64,000 nt of DNA from Trypanosoma brucei (lineage: Eukaryota): contig CH464492.1 of NCBI GenBank assembly GCA_000002445.1, forward strand, positions 96,001 to 160,000, in the 5' to 3' direction. Positions within the stretch are counted from its first letter, which is position 1, and every line of letters begins with the position of its first letter. Shown here in pieces: positions 50,020-63,381 of the stretch. The notes beneath the pieces are model-generated. The model did not search any database. It was given only the letters and a program-made list of their open reading frames with translations, and was not told the origin of the DNA. A program made the position numbers and the translations under genes.

Positions 50020-51534
50020 TCTTCTAACCTCACAAAAAGCAGCAGAAACCATGCTGAGGGCGAATTGTTTGTTGACTAGAAAACTGTAATCTTTGCACTC
50101 TTTTCCATCATATTTTCAACCATCTTTGCAATCTTTCTCTCCTTTACCTGTGCACGGTGACTCTGTTTTCGAATATTTCCCTGTTTCTTGTTTTGCTGCT
50201 GCTTTTGCTGCGGCTTCTTTCGTTAAGGTACACTTTTTCCCTTTCTCATTTGTATCGACAAAATGGCACCCTGCCGTTTCGCCACACTTGGTTTTGTTTT
50301 CCCCTATGTCGTTGCAAATTTGTTCTGGACTCTTACCGTCAGCTTTAGCACCAAGGTTTTTTAGCTGCTTCTTTAGGTTTGTTATTTCCTTATTTAGGCT
50401 CGTAACTCGAGCTTGTTGATAGTGCCTGAGGAGCTTATCCAGCTCATCTAAATCGTTGATGGTGCTCAACTCTTTACCCTCGCTTTCTTTTCCGGTTAAA
50501 TCGATTACTTTTGTGTCCGGGAAGTCCTTGTATTCGGTTTCCATTTTGGAGCCAAAGGCTGATTGTACCGCATTTGCTTCGACCGGCGCATCTGGCCTTT
50601 CGAGCTTGCTGTCGCCTAGTACCTGTCGTCTGTAGGCATTCTTGAAGTCGTCGTCGCCTGCAAGCTGTGTCGGGCCTTTGAAGGCATATCCTTCGCTGAC
50701 GTCCTTTGTTGCGAGATAAGCGTCGTGTCCTGCTTTCATGGTTGCATGCTGTGCCGAAGCTGTTGTTATGGCGTCGGCGTGGTTGTTGTTGAAAGTTGTG
50801 CCAAGCTTGAACAGGCCACCTGCAAAAACGACGTCTCCTCCGAGATTGCCGCCTGTGTTTGTGTTGATGAGATGGCTGCTAGCTTTTGTTTCTGTTAGTG
50901 TGCAGCTTGCGCCGCCCTGTGTCGTTGTTGCATCGTCGGTCCCAGCTAGGTGGCTATTTGTTATGCCGTTTGGGCCGAACTGAGTTGTCGTCGCGAGCGA
51001 TGGTTCTATGGCGCTTGCTTTTGCGGCGCAGCCTTCCTCCGTCATTGGCTTCGGCGACCCTCCGGATCTTTTGCGCACATCGCCTCCGTCGATGAGACAG
51101 GCATGTGTCCCGTCTTCTGCGATTTGATTGGCCATGTTTACGAATTCTTGTATCGCGCCTTCAAACTTGGCGGCGTTTGCTATTGCAGTTGCACCTTTGG
51201 TTAGCGTGCTGCCGGTTGCCTCCTGTAAAGCCAGGTTTGCTTTTCGCATGTAGTATTCAACGAGTGCTAGATCGACTTTACGGTACTTACCGGATCTCTT
51301 CACTTCAATGTATATTTTGGTTTTGTAGGCTTGCGTTAGATAGTTGGCTGTCCCGGTGATCTTGTTTTTCACCATCTGCGCCGCTCTTTTCTGGACCTTC
51401 TGTAAGTCTACTGCTACTGCACATGCCGCTTTCCATGTTGTTTCCTTGATCGGGTTTGTCGACGCGGCTTCTGAATGAGTAACAATTAAAGATACCAGAA
51501 ACACTAGCAGTTGTAGGCCGCTGTTGCAGTGCAT
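50020..51534 (-). pseudogene. VSG-N, an A-type VSG with a premature TGA at a conserved C-terminal-domain Cys codon
   Basis: The 472-aa ORF 50116-51534 starts MHCNSGLQLLVFLVSLIVTHSEAAS and ends ...SPCTGKGEKDCKDG-TGA-KYDGKECKDYSFLVNKQFALSMVSAAF in the same frame. The expected Cys codon of DGCKYDG is TGA. Confidence 0.8.
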
Positions 51535-53149
51535 CGGTTTTTATCCTTGTTTTTCCTAGCTAAATGTTGATTTTGACTGTATAGGTGTGAAAATTGAAGT
51601 TTTGTTAAGGAGGTCTGCCGCGTTCTGCTGGTCTGCTGCATCCGCTGCTTTGGGTACTTTATTTTCCCTCTTTTTATCACATGCCAAATGAAAACGCGCT
51701 CCTACTCAGTGGACTGATTTCTGTTCAGTATTTCTTGAATGAAATACCGTAAGTCTTTAGGTCTCTGAAGTTTACTCGCGCTGTTAAAGCCAAACCTATG
51801 CGCATTATCTTTCAGCCTCACCTTAAAACAAGTGAAGGGCAAACCCCTGTAGAAAATATATTTCAAGGGCCGTGCGCATATGTGGTAAATGATTAAGTGA
51901 TATTGCAGCTTGGTTAGTCGTTGATTTTAAAGAAAAAATAAATGTTAGAAAGATGTACACAGCTTGCTGCATTTGCCATGGTGAGTAAAAGTATTTCAAT
52001 TAAGCCAAAGAACATCCACTGTTAATTCCAATCTTTACCATTATATATCTATATCTATGTCTAAAGAATATATTATTTGTAGTCGGTGTTCTTCTGTAAT
52101 GCGTTCAAATGCATGCTTTGTGGAAGCATATGCAATGACTATAAAACGCAGACACTTTTTTCTTACGCATAATCTTGAGAATTTTTACTGCTATCCTGTT
52201 TTATTGTTTGCCTTTTCAACTATTTCTTGGCAGTGTCAGTTTTATTTGAACTCATTTTTTTGAAATTTGTGATTTTACTTCATTAATGCCATTTCATTGT
52301 GTATTTTGATGCAAGTTAGCTTTTCCGTGGAAGTTGTTAACGTCTGGAATGTATACCAATAGGGGACTGTTAAAGGGTTGCTATTTATTCTTTTTACTCA
52401 TAAAAGTGCCATATAGAGTTATACATAAGATATTTTAAAACAGATTTAGCGATTTTATTATTCTCCTTCCCACGATAAAGTATTGTTAGTCGTGGTTTCA
52501 AAACCCTCCTTCACAAAATATTATATTGTTTCACACAAATTTTGGCCTTTATTATTATACCTGATTTGAGGAATAATTTGACATTATCTTACACAAACCT
52601 TGACGGCTGCTTCTGCTTCTCTTCACTGCCACTTCGGAGTTAGACGTTATAATCTACCACCAGACTAATAACTACAATAGGTGCTACTGTTGTTTTTTCG
52701 TCTATCATTTTCTTATAGAGCTTCGCAGCAGTATATTCTCCTGCATATTTTCTTTCTGTGTCGTGCTGTGGCATATTCTGTTATTTCATTCTGTGTTTTA
52801 GTTAATTTTTTTTCATTCTTTATCGCTGCTTCTTCATGTAACGTAGACATCCCATTTTGCCTTTACATTGAACTCTGTCTCTACCTTATATTCTCGTCCA
52901 CAATCTTCTCATATATGAAGAAACACCTCTTCGCGTTTTCGCCTGAGCATCCGCATATTCTATCTACCCCCTTCCTATCTCTTTCTGCTTTTACTTTAAT
53001 AATATTTCTCTTCTACTCCATTTTCATCTCGCTTACTATTCCACCCACTTACTCACTCAGTTACTTGCACAACACCTTTATCACTATTTTAAAGGCTTCT
53101 ATCCTTCCTTCCTTTTTATTCTCCGGCACGACACTACCAGCAGTGGTAG

Positions 53150-53215
53150 TATATGTTTATTCGCAGCACTTTTCTATTATTATAATTACTATCTTTACTA
53201 TTGTTATAGCCCTAA
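53150..53215 (-). repeat. Degenerate 70-bp-repeat remnant upstream of VSG-N
   Basis: An ATT-rich tract with a repeat-like core, followed by the conserved ...AGTAAAATTTCAAAAATAAAC motif. Confidence 0.45.
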
Positions 53216-53350
53216 ATTGCTGTTAGTAAAATTTCAAAAATAAACATAATAAAATAAATTAGAATATCATTTGTTTTTCATACCATATTACTATGCAACT
53301 TTACACCGATAACTCACTATGATACAACAACTTACCAAAATTTTAAAATT

Positions 53351-56300
53351 TCCCTGATTTCTGCCAGCCACACCATCGTGGTGCCAGGGTCTATTACTGC
53401 CTCCAGGAGGAAGGCAAGTGCACGCATTATACCTGATCTGACAGGATTTGGGAGTGAAAGAGGCTTTTGGAAACCACAGGAGCAAGAAGCAGAATTGGCA
53501 TTCTGGGATGAAGAAATATATTAGACTGCTCTTCTGCGCGTGCGAGCGCGCCTCGATTAGGATACATAGGCTTCTAATACTAAGCGGAGATGTTGAGCTC
53601 AACCCTGGTCCTCAGATAAGTGGAGCCCAGTAGAATGATGGAGGTCTCTCCCAGACGAAGCGGATCGCCTTAGAGAAGAAGCTTCACGATGATATGGTAG
53701 TCTTCTGTCTATCGCAGGAGACTCACTTGGCAGCAGAATAATATTATGCATTAAAAATCAGTGGATAACAACACATGGGAATGGAAGGCTTTCCACATGG
53801 TGTTGGGGTATCAATTTTTGTCAAAGATAGCACGGGAGTCTTCCAAGGTCCAAAGGAGGAGGAACTGCCGAAAAGAGTCTCGGCAACACTGATGTGTTCA
53901 ACTAATCTAATGTTAACTATAAAGTCAGTTTACTTCCAACAGAAGGAAGATTTCACTACCTCCACGCTTGATAGCCTTAAGAGCTAAACTAGAACACTGG
54001 TGATATGATCCTATACAACGCACATCACGAGTCATGGGACCCGCTTCACTCAAATGATACAGCGGGAGAATGCATTGTAGACTGGTGTCCACAAAATGAT
54101 ATCAAGATTGCAAATGATGGCACCCCAACAAGAATTCCTCACACGGAAGCCATGTCGTTTCCAGACGTTAGGATGTACAGATAATGCGAGGTCACAAGAT
54201 GTGAAGCAAGTCTCAGTTCAGATAGTGGGCACTACTGGATAATATTTGAGGTGTGCATTGGCATTGGTGTAGAAACGACTGCCATTTCAAAGCTACGAAG
54301 GGTACTGTATGCTTGGAATAAAGCAAATTGTCGGGAGTTTAGAAAAGTGTGTGACGTAAGAATGTTTAATAATTAAGGAAGTCTGGAAAGAATGTGGATG
54401 CCATGGCTGAGGCAGTGACTAAAGGCATTCGCACAGCAGCAAAGAAGAAAACAATACCGAATGGTAATGTAGTATCGCCACCGCTGTGAAGGCGAGAACT
54501 AACCAAACTGGACACAAAAATAAGATAGTGTACAAACGAGAAGCACAGATAGGTTCCCCTATATACAAGAGAAGGAAAGCTCTCGATGAAACATCCCTAC
54601 AACGGTGGAAAGAAAATGTGTCAAAGGTGTCGGTGATCAATACAAAAAATTGGAGTGTAGTCAAGTCGGTGTATGCACTAAGATGACTGACATCTCCGGT
54701 TATGGTAGTAAATAGTCACCCTCTAACACGCAGACAGAAAGCTAATAAGCTAGAGCAGATGTATAGAGAGAGCTGTTGACGAAACTATCAGATGCTCCTG
54801 CCATGAGTATACTTTAACCAGGAAGCAGGGAATTTGCACCAATAACGATGGCAGAACTTGAGACAGAACTGAAGGATCTCTCTTCAAGAGCTGCCTCCGG
54901 TAAGGACGATATACATTGCGAACAGTTAAAGCAATTAGGAAGCTACAGCAAGAAATATGTCCTCAAGCTCATTAACTCTAACCTACAGAAACACTGGGTG
55001 CCGGAGAAGTAGAAGCAGTGCGTTATTGTATCACTACTCAAACCCAACAAACCGGCCAAGTGTATGTTATCTTTCCAAACCATCACACTCACTTGCACCA
55101 TCTGTAAACTCATGGAGATGTTTGTAGAGAGAGAAATACGAAACACAGTAGTGTAAGCTGCAACTACAGCAGACTGTTTTCAACCAGGAAAAATCTATAT
55201 TGTCAGACGCCATGAGCACTCACAGAATCCGTGACACATAGGGTACCAAGAGAGAAAACTGCAGAGGTATTCACATATTATGCGAGGGCATTTAACTCTG
55301 TGGATCGCAGGTGCATAATAGGTGCACTAAAAAGATATGAGGTAGACATAAAACTTATTGTGTCGGTTGCAAATTTCCTGGAGGGATGGACTGCAGTAGT
55401 ACGAATAAACAACACCCTCTCAAATAAAATACAACTCACGTGTGGTGTTCCGCAAGGTTGCGTGTTGGGGACGTTGCTATTCATTATCGCAATAGACTCT
55501 CTCAGTGCGAAATTAAACTCCATACGAGCACTTAAACACTGCTTCTTCACGAACGAACTCACGATAGTATGCTCTAACACTGACCTAGAAGCTATTCGGC
55601 AGACGCTACAAACAGGATTAGATTGAATAGCGAGCTGTTCAGGAGAGGACTATATGAATGTGTCTGCGGAAATAACGGAATACACATTATTTGGGGTGAG
55701 ATACAGAGACTCGTTACGCCTATTTCTTGGACAGTACATGTTAAACGAGACGAGAAATCCCAGACTCCTTAGAGTGACAATGCAGCTACACAAGGGAGTA
55801 AGCAGACATGCACACACCCCACAAACAGCACTAAATATGAGATTAATGAAACTACAGGCTGTTGCATCACCCGAAAAGTGTTAAAAGTAAAGAAATTTTC
55901 CGAGTATTTTACTTAGCCTTAATCCTGGAAAAGGTACGCTATGCGATCGCAGCATGGTGGTTCAATGCTTATCCATCAGAGGAGGAGCTTGAACGAGTAC
56001 AAGAGCAGACGGTACATGTTATCGCTGGTATTCCAAAGTACGCGACTCAGTGAAATGTCATGAAGGATGCCCGTCTTCACAAGATAGATGATTTTGGTCA
56101 CATACGAGGAATAGAATACCATTTAATAAGGAGGGCGAACGGTAAATAATCAGCAGATACAGTGGAAAAAAGTTCCCACCCATTCGTCCGATACACACGC
56201 GACTGCAGAGTGTGTCACACTTTTGTGGGGAAGTGCACAGACCGCAGAAAAAACACACACGGTAAGTATATTGCAACTGGCGAGGAGACCGTACTTCAAC

Positions 56301-59000
56301 ACCACAACACCAGGTGGTCTCCATTCTGGCGCTTTCGACAACGAGAAAAAGACATAAAATGCAAAGGGTACGTAGATTCAAAGACTACGATTATCAAGTG
56401 CAGACGGATGAGTCGGTGATACTGAACGAATCCTCTGGCGCCGACCACGATAATATACCCTAGACAATGTAATGCGGTAAAAGTGAAGAAAGGAGCAGCA
56501 AGTCAGCATGCAACTACAGAGCATGGTGTGTAGCCGTGGAGGCAGGACTTATGAAACTTAAGTCAGTAACAAATCTCAAGGAAAGCATAAAAACGAAAGT
56601 GGAAATATTTACAGGCTCGGTATCCTTATTAATGGCACTTAAAAAGGTCCTGAAGTAGTGAGAGATTCGATACTACAAGGCATATGGAACCTGATCCTGC
56701 ACTTCATGAAACCAAAGGTATCCATGTCGTTTCAGTCTGTGTTTTTGCATTGCAGTATCACGACAAATGACAAAGTGAGCTAACTCGCAAACAAAGGAAA
56801 CCACATGCAGCAAACCTACCTTGCATGGATCACCGAAAATGTCACAGGTATAGCGCACCAAATACGGTATCAGTCACAACGCGACTTCAATTTGCGGGAG
56901 GTCGTGGCCCAAACACACATTGCAGTGCTTTACTAAACCATCTAAAACCGACTCCAAAATACAAGGAGATAGATAAGGAAAATGAGTCAATGTCAGCTCA
57001 ATTTAGAAAGGGACCTCAAAACATTTTGGATGATTACATAGGGTGATCACACGAAAGGTTGACAAACTGGTGTGTAGATGGTGTGCAAAACACATGAAAC
57101 ATTTTCAAGAATTACCCTTCTAAAAATTAAAAAAACTGTAAAGATGGAAGAAACTGAGGAAGGCAAGATGGTAATAGCTGCAACACATAATGACCCGATG
57201 ATATTCTTAGTTTGCAACATCATGTGCGCGAGATGACAAACGGGAGTTGTTCACATAATGAAAACAGATCAGTGGGTTTGTCCAAATGCACTAGTTGCAT
57301 TAAAGATGGCGTCAAGAGAATCGCATCTCTATAATGGAGTCTATCGATGTCACGTATGTGGTAAAGTATTCAAACAAAAGGGACTACTACCGCAACACAT
57401 GCCACAGCACGCTCCAACAACTTCAGTAGTATGGACATAGCGACAAAAGAGGAAGCGAGAATACGAAGAACAGTCGTTGCCAACTGTCGGCAAGTGTTAA
57501 TGCTGCCCCAAGCAGTATGCCACGTATGACTTGTTGACTAGGCATATACATCTAAAACATCCTGAAAAGCAAAGCGATGTGACTCAACAAAAGGAAACGC
57601 AGGATGTAAGCATCGAAGATGAACAATGGCAAGCACAACAAGCATACAAATGCCTCCGGTGCAAACAGTTGTACGGAAGCAAAACATGGCTCACCAGGCA
57701 TAAGTGCAATCCGGAGCAGAGTAAGGGGGAACCAAGCACACCACTACAGGAAGCACTGCCGGAGAGAGAAGAATGTAAGGTATACGGTAAAGAGTACCAG
57801 CACAGCTTGATGTTACCCCGTATGAATGCGAAACACCCCTGGAATGATATCTCACTTAGTCCATATCCGATAAAGATAAGCAAATCGACGAAGGAGATAT
57901 CAAAGTCACAATCAAAGGAAGACACTAGTTGCGACAACAAAAATAAGGATGACGATGAAACACCACTTTGTGTTTGCGGCAAATGCAAGAGGGGTTTCAA
58001 AAGCAAGACATAACTAACACGCTTCAAGTGTGTGAGCATAGAAAGAAATGGCACGAAAAGTGAGAATGTGAACAACCACCATAGAGCAGCTAAATAACTA
58101 GATACAACTACCAAAATGGGTCGAAGCCTGGCTCAATAAATAGAGCACTTCTCAACTCAGACTTGTTACACACAATTAAAATTTGAACTTCACGACAAGA
58201 AAGAGAAGAACAGAGACTGAGCATGACACGCTAGCAGATGAGATGGATATGAGAGATCAGAGAGAGGAGCCAAAACACAAATGGCATAAAGCTTAAGGGC
58301 ATACAGATAACCCTTGTAGAGAGTTTGCATGTGAAAGGTGTTAGAACACCTACATGCTCTGCTGTACGCTAGTATGGAATAACAGAACGCACTACAAAAA
58401 TTCAATCACTGTAAAGAGGAAGCACGAAGAAGGATCCCTTGAAATCACGCCACTGGCCCCCCTTGCGCAACAATGCCCACTCTGCTCGAAGGTATGTGCA
58501 CACAACAATATCTAACAATGCACCTCCAAGAAGCACATGGGCAGGCACATAGCTATGATAGGCGAAATAAGCTAAAAGTCAAATGAGAAATTCAAAGAAA
58601 AATCGGTTCACCTGTTGGAGTGTCTGGCTTTCCGTAAACTCAGGTCTGAGCATATAGACAGTCCGAAAGGGGAAAAAATATACTTTAGTGTTAAGGTGGT
58701 GAACTTCTTAAGGGCACTCTTCATTCCGACGGAAATTCAGGCTCCCACTATAGAAGCGAAGAAATCGATAACCCAAAAGAGAATAAAGAAAGAAAGGCCA
58801 CCATCGTGCTAAGTATCCACTGACTATATGCGACACATTCGGATGACAGCCAGTAAGATTTTCCTCAACTGATGGAAAAAAGTATTGAAAGAAGAGCTTT
58901 GTCAACAAGGCACCATTAGCCAGCCCCCACAGGAGAAAGCGAGTAGGGGATCGTGAGGATGGAAAACATATCAACGGAGAAAGTAGACACCAGGGAAGTC
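53351..59000 (+). mobile_element. DIRE: Degenerate ingi-related retroposon (DIRE-like), heavily decayed, with an uncertain 3' boundary
   Basis: The 5' end CCCTGATTTCTGCCAGCCACACCATCGTGGTGCCAGGGTC is a diverged ingi 5' end. LILSGDVELNPGP (2A-like, 53589-53612) is followed by GLSQTKRIALEKKLHDDMVVFCLSQETHL, which parallels the ingi APE start. RT motifs appear at 55231-55626 (YARAFNSVD, GVPQGCVLGTLLF versus ingi YEKAFDTVD, GVPQGTVLGPIMF). C2H2 fingers lie at 57258-58013 and an ingi-like CxxFRKLR motif at 58615-58690. Stops and frameshifts occur throughout. Confidence 0.75.
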
Positions 59001-59175
59001 TATATAGATTGATTGAGGTGCGTGCAGGTAAACCTTATATTAAAGAATCTCCGCACCTTAAATCTTGTTCTCTTTGTCCTTTATTGTTTCGTTTCGCAAT
59101 ATTTTTTTGTTTTCTACATCAGTTACTCACATTGCACACATGCTACTTTTTTGTGCGCTTATATTTTGGCCGTCC

Positions 59176-59260
59176 ATTATTATTATTATTATTATTATTA
59201 CTGCTCTCATTATAATATTCGTATATACACACGCAAAACGGACTTTTATAATTATTATTG
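59176..59260 (-). repeat. 70-bp-repeat unit bounding the slot occupied by the DIRE
   Basis: CCATTATTATTATTATTATTATTACTGCTCTCATTATAATATTCGTATATACACACGCAAAACGG. Confidence 0.85.
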
Positions 59261-59519
59261 TAAACATAACTAATATTCATAAAATAATGGAAATGAACAA
59301 AAATATACGTGGAATATCACTCAGTTTATACATTATAGTAACCTACACTTTTTATCAATTTTCCACGATCATACATGTCTTACTAAAATTTCAGATTTGC
59401 ATATTTCGCAATGGTTTTACAACAGTGTTAAAATATCATAACTATTTAAATGTTTTAGCACATCCTATCAGTATAAAAAAGTTTTATACATTTTGTAAAG
59501 TGGAGCAATTGTTAAAATG

Positions 59520-61064
59520 CTAAAGTGCTACAAAACTCACAAAAGCAGAAGCCATCAAAGCGAATTGTTTGTTTAATAGAATAGAGGAATCTTTGCAAGT
59601 TTCGCCCTCCCACTTACAATCCGGAGATTTGCAGTCTTTTTGTTCTTTCCCTGTGCACTTGGAGTCGGTTTTTTTATCTTTCCCTCCTGTTTCTTGGTTA
59701 GCTTTTTCTAGTGCTTGTTTGGCTTCCTTGTTCAATGTGCACTTTTTGTTTGTCTCGCCATTCTCTTTAAATATGCACCCCTGGCCCTTTAACTTATCAC
59801 ATTCTCCTTTGTTGTCTCATGCTTTATTGCATTCTTTCTCCTGATCTTCCGCTGATTTTGTTTCTTTATTTTGCTTTGCATCGGTCAGCTCCTGTTTTAA
59901 TTTCTCTTTATCTTTGATGAGTGCTATGTTTAATGTTGCCAGAATGGCCTCCAACTGCCCAGTGGACATTGCATTGAGTGCTGTTTCTTTATCTGTTCCC
60001 GCGATTTTGTCTTTGAGTTTGTAGTTTGCTGCGTCACTTAGTAGCTTGTCTACCGTGTCTTTGCTGGTTGCACCGAAAAGGTTTGTTATTGCTGCTTTAC
60101 TGTTTGCTATTGTGCCGTCGTCTACATTTTTTATAATTCTTGCTATTGTCTTTGCTGCTCTTTCCGTTGATTCTAACTTGTCCGAAGTATTCGTGTAGTC
60201 TTCGTCACTAATTTTAGGTAGTGCGCCCACTGTCGTTATCACAGCCTGCCATGCTGTAGCTTCGGTTCGGTCTGTTAGTGTCGGTCTGTTCAGGTTTAGT
60301 AGGTTGACTTTGCCGTCGTTACTGCCTGTGTCTATCTCGATGTAGCCGGCCGCATAGTGTAGTTTTGCCGCATCGACGTCTCCAGCCTTGCCCAGGCCGT
60401 CGGCGTTGCTCTTTGCGAACAGTCGGCAATTTTTGTTTGCTGATTGTAGGCTGTTGCTGTTGTCTAGTCCCGCTTGTGTGCCGGCGATGCCGCCTGCTGT
60501 TATAGTCTTTTTTGCCCTCCCGTTGCCCGCTGTCTGTGGCACCCCGGTTTTGCATTCTGTACCGTCTATCGTCGTCCCTGCGAAATTGTGGGCGTTGGTG
60601 TCATCCCCGTGTAAGCAGCCATGGTCGGTGCCTTCCTTTGTCTGTGCCGCCACCGTCATAAACTCGTCGATCGCTCCTTTAGCGTAGCTCGTCGCCGCAA
60701 CTGCTGCTAGAAATTTGTCACCGTCTATGCTGTGCAGTTTTGCGAGCGCCTGTTCTTCCATTGATGCTACATAAGCCGCTAAAACGATGCTCCTTTCAGC
60801 CACTGCTGCTGTTGGCGCAACCCTGCTGTAGACTTTGAGCTGCAGAGCTTCTTTTCTAAAGTCAAGCGCCAGTTTTAGGATGCGCTTCTGCTCTGTTGCC
60901 GCTTCGGAGGTTACCTCTCCCAGCTCTTTTGCTAAGTTACACAATGGAACCCAAGTTTCTTTTTTCAGTCCCATGTTGTCCGCGCCTTCCGTGGAGGTTG
61001 TTGTGAGCAAAACGGCAAGTATTACTGATGCCGCAGGCTGTTTACTGCAGCTCATGGGTTTCAT
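59520..61064 (-). pseudogene. VSG-O, an A-type VSG with a frameshift between the N-terminal domain and an intact C-terminal domain plus GPI signal
   Basis: ORF 59817-61064 starts MKPMSCSKQPAASVILAVLLTTTSTEGAD...WVPLCNLAKELG. ORF 59520-59735, in another frame, reads ...[45 protein letters not shown]. Confidence 0.8.
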
Positions 61065-62391
61065 TTTTTGGTTCCGACTCCACTGCTTTTGAAAGCCGTA
61101 GCCGTGGCTGTTTTGCCTTCAGATGACAACTTAGCTTGTTATTTAGTTTTTAACCGTTTTCCTTTCAGATACCTTTCAACGAGGTTAATATTGAACAAAC
61201 GCTTAAACAACCAACTTTGTCTACTATACACAAAACAAAAAAAACAGATAAGGTTAAAGAAAGACAATTACCTATATTTTTCGACAGCATTCCAATGTGT
61301 TTCAAAACTAGATACGTAAGTCCGAATAACCACAAAAAGGACTCATTTGGACATATATTGTGCTTTCTTGAACTCGTACTCTTAAAGGTATATTTCCCAA
61401 ATTTAGGGTTTTTGAACCTGTTTGTCTCCACTTCCAATAAAGTGTTTTTTCTCCACAGATAAAACCGCAAAACGGTATTTTCAATTAATTTCGTATTTGT
61501 AGAGATACATAACAGACACGTTAGAGCATGTAAATTATCACTCTATTTTATTGTGTTTTTCATATGCTAAACTTGCGTAAACTTCAATTTCACTATAGAA
61601 GGCCATGGCCACAATGAAAAAAATTTTTAAGGTGAATTTTGTTTTTCGAAAAGTTTACCCTTTTACATCTTAATCTATATCGCTATATATTTCTATTTAT
61701 TACTTCTATCATTTAAGACCGTTGTGTGCTACTGATGCGCTTCCACTACTGTTGGTGTGAGGCATCTGCAATGGCGATATAGCGTTGATACTTCTGTCAT
61801 ACGCGTGGTTTCAGGCAGTCAGCGCTGTTATACGGCTGTATTGTTAGTCACTTTAGCATCTTGATCGATAATAGCTGTATTCACAAAATTATTTTGTTTA
61901 AAATTTGCCGGTATGCACCATCTAAACTGCTATGGTGTGTGTTTTCACATGAATCATCTGTTCATTGAATCGGCGTAACGGTTTTAGTGTTTTGTCTTTA
62001 AAGCAATGTTGTTCTAGTGGAGTATAACGAACCATTCTGTAAATAAAAGACTCTTCTGTTTTCCCATGGGCGTTTTTTAAACTCGTGTTGGTCTTTTTTG
62101 ACATGCTCCTTAGTCAGCTGCGAATACTGCATTTATTGTCGATTTTTTATATGAAAATACAACTACATTCGCCTTGTATGATGAACTCAGTTCCTTAATG
62201 ACTTCCATCTACTTCTCGTGTATACTGACATCCGTATCCTTTATTGTGTTTGAAATAGCGAATATTCCATCTCTCTCTCATTAAATTTTTTACAAACTCA
62301 CCTACTCACTGCGATTTCACCCTTTCCTGTGTTTTAACTGCTTTGAACACGGTATTTTTACTCGGTTATCGTTGGTACTGTTCTTACCACT

Positions 62392-62433
62392 CTTATGATA
62401 ATATTAGTATACATACACACTCACAACACTCTC

Positions 62434-62471
<38 letters not shown>

Positions 62472-62575
62472 GTTATTATTATTGTTATTATTATTGTTAT
62501 TATTATTGCTATTACTGCTCTCATTATTATATTCGTATATACACACTCACAACACACACCTACCATTATTATTGT
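62392..62575 (-). repeat. 70-bp repeats (2 cores) with a greatly expanded (ATT)12-(ATTATTATTGTT)3 tract, upstream of VSG-O
   Basis: Cores ATAATATTAGTATACATACACACTCACAACACTCTCGT and CTCTCATTATTATATTCGTATATACACACTCACAACACACACC are separated by about 100 bp of triplet repeat. Confidence 0.9.
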
Positions 62576-63281
62576 CAGCTTTAATATTCAGGTTTTCATC
62601 CATCACTATTTTATTTTTGATATTTTCTTTCCAACATCTTTTTCAAGTAACAAGGTCGATTTTAAATATAATAAACATCAATGGTTGGAGAATCTTTGAT
62701 TTGCTTTGACCGTACAGATGCGCAAAGTTCAAAAGGTTTCAGAAAGGTGTTGGTGAAGTTTAACCATATTTTTTTATTACTGAATTATTTCTCTAAAATG
62801 CTTTTTTTCTTTTGTATTGCACTTACATCAAAAACCAATTGGGCAGCGCTTTGAAGGCAGTGAAGTGGCGTATGGGAATATTTGCGTATTGGTGGTTCTT
62901 TAATGTATGAGGGTTACGTTCCAAAAGGTGATGGAAAAAAGTAACATATGCATGTGTGTTCAATAATAATAATTAAATGCCAAGTTCTCTTACTTTCTGT
63001 ATCAAACAGTGAGTGTGTTTTCTAATGTCATTTTTTCAAATGCGTATCGAGGTTTAGGAGGCACAATGTTGCTTAAAACTCAACTCTCACGAGAATGACA
63101 CAAATTAAGGGAAGCTTCTATCGCAGCCACCATTTCCATGTGTGCAACAGTAAGCGAGTCATCGTAACAATTTTTTTTGCGCGTGTGAAGTGTGAAATCC
63201 TCATGAGAACTCAAGATTTACCACAATAATACTCATTATGCAAGGTGCTTTGAGTGGAGAAGGTGGCGCAGACTCAAATAT

Positions 63282-63381
63282 NNNNNNNNNNNNNNNNNNN
63301 NNNNNNNNNNNNNNNNNNNNNNNNNNNNNNNNNNNNNNNNNNNNNNNNNNNNNNNNNNNNNNNNNNNNNNNNNNNNNNNNN
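63282..63381. other. Assembly gap (100 N)
   Basis: A run of exactly 100 N characters, the conventional unknown-size gap placeholder. Confidence 0.99.
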
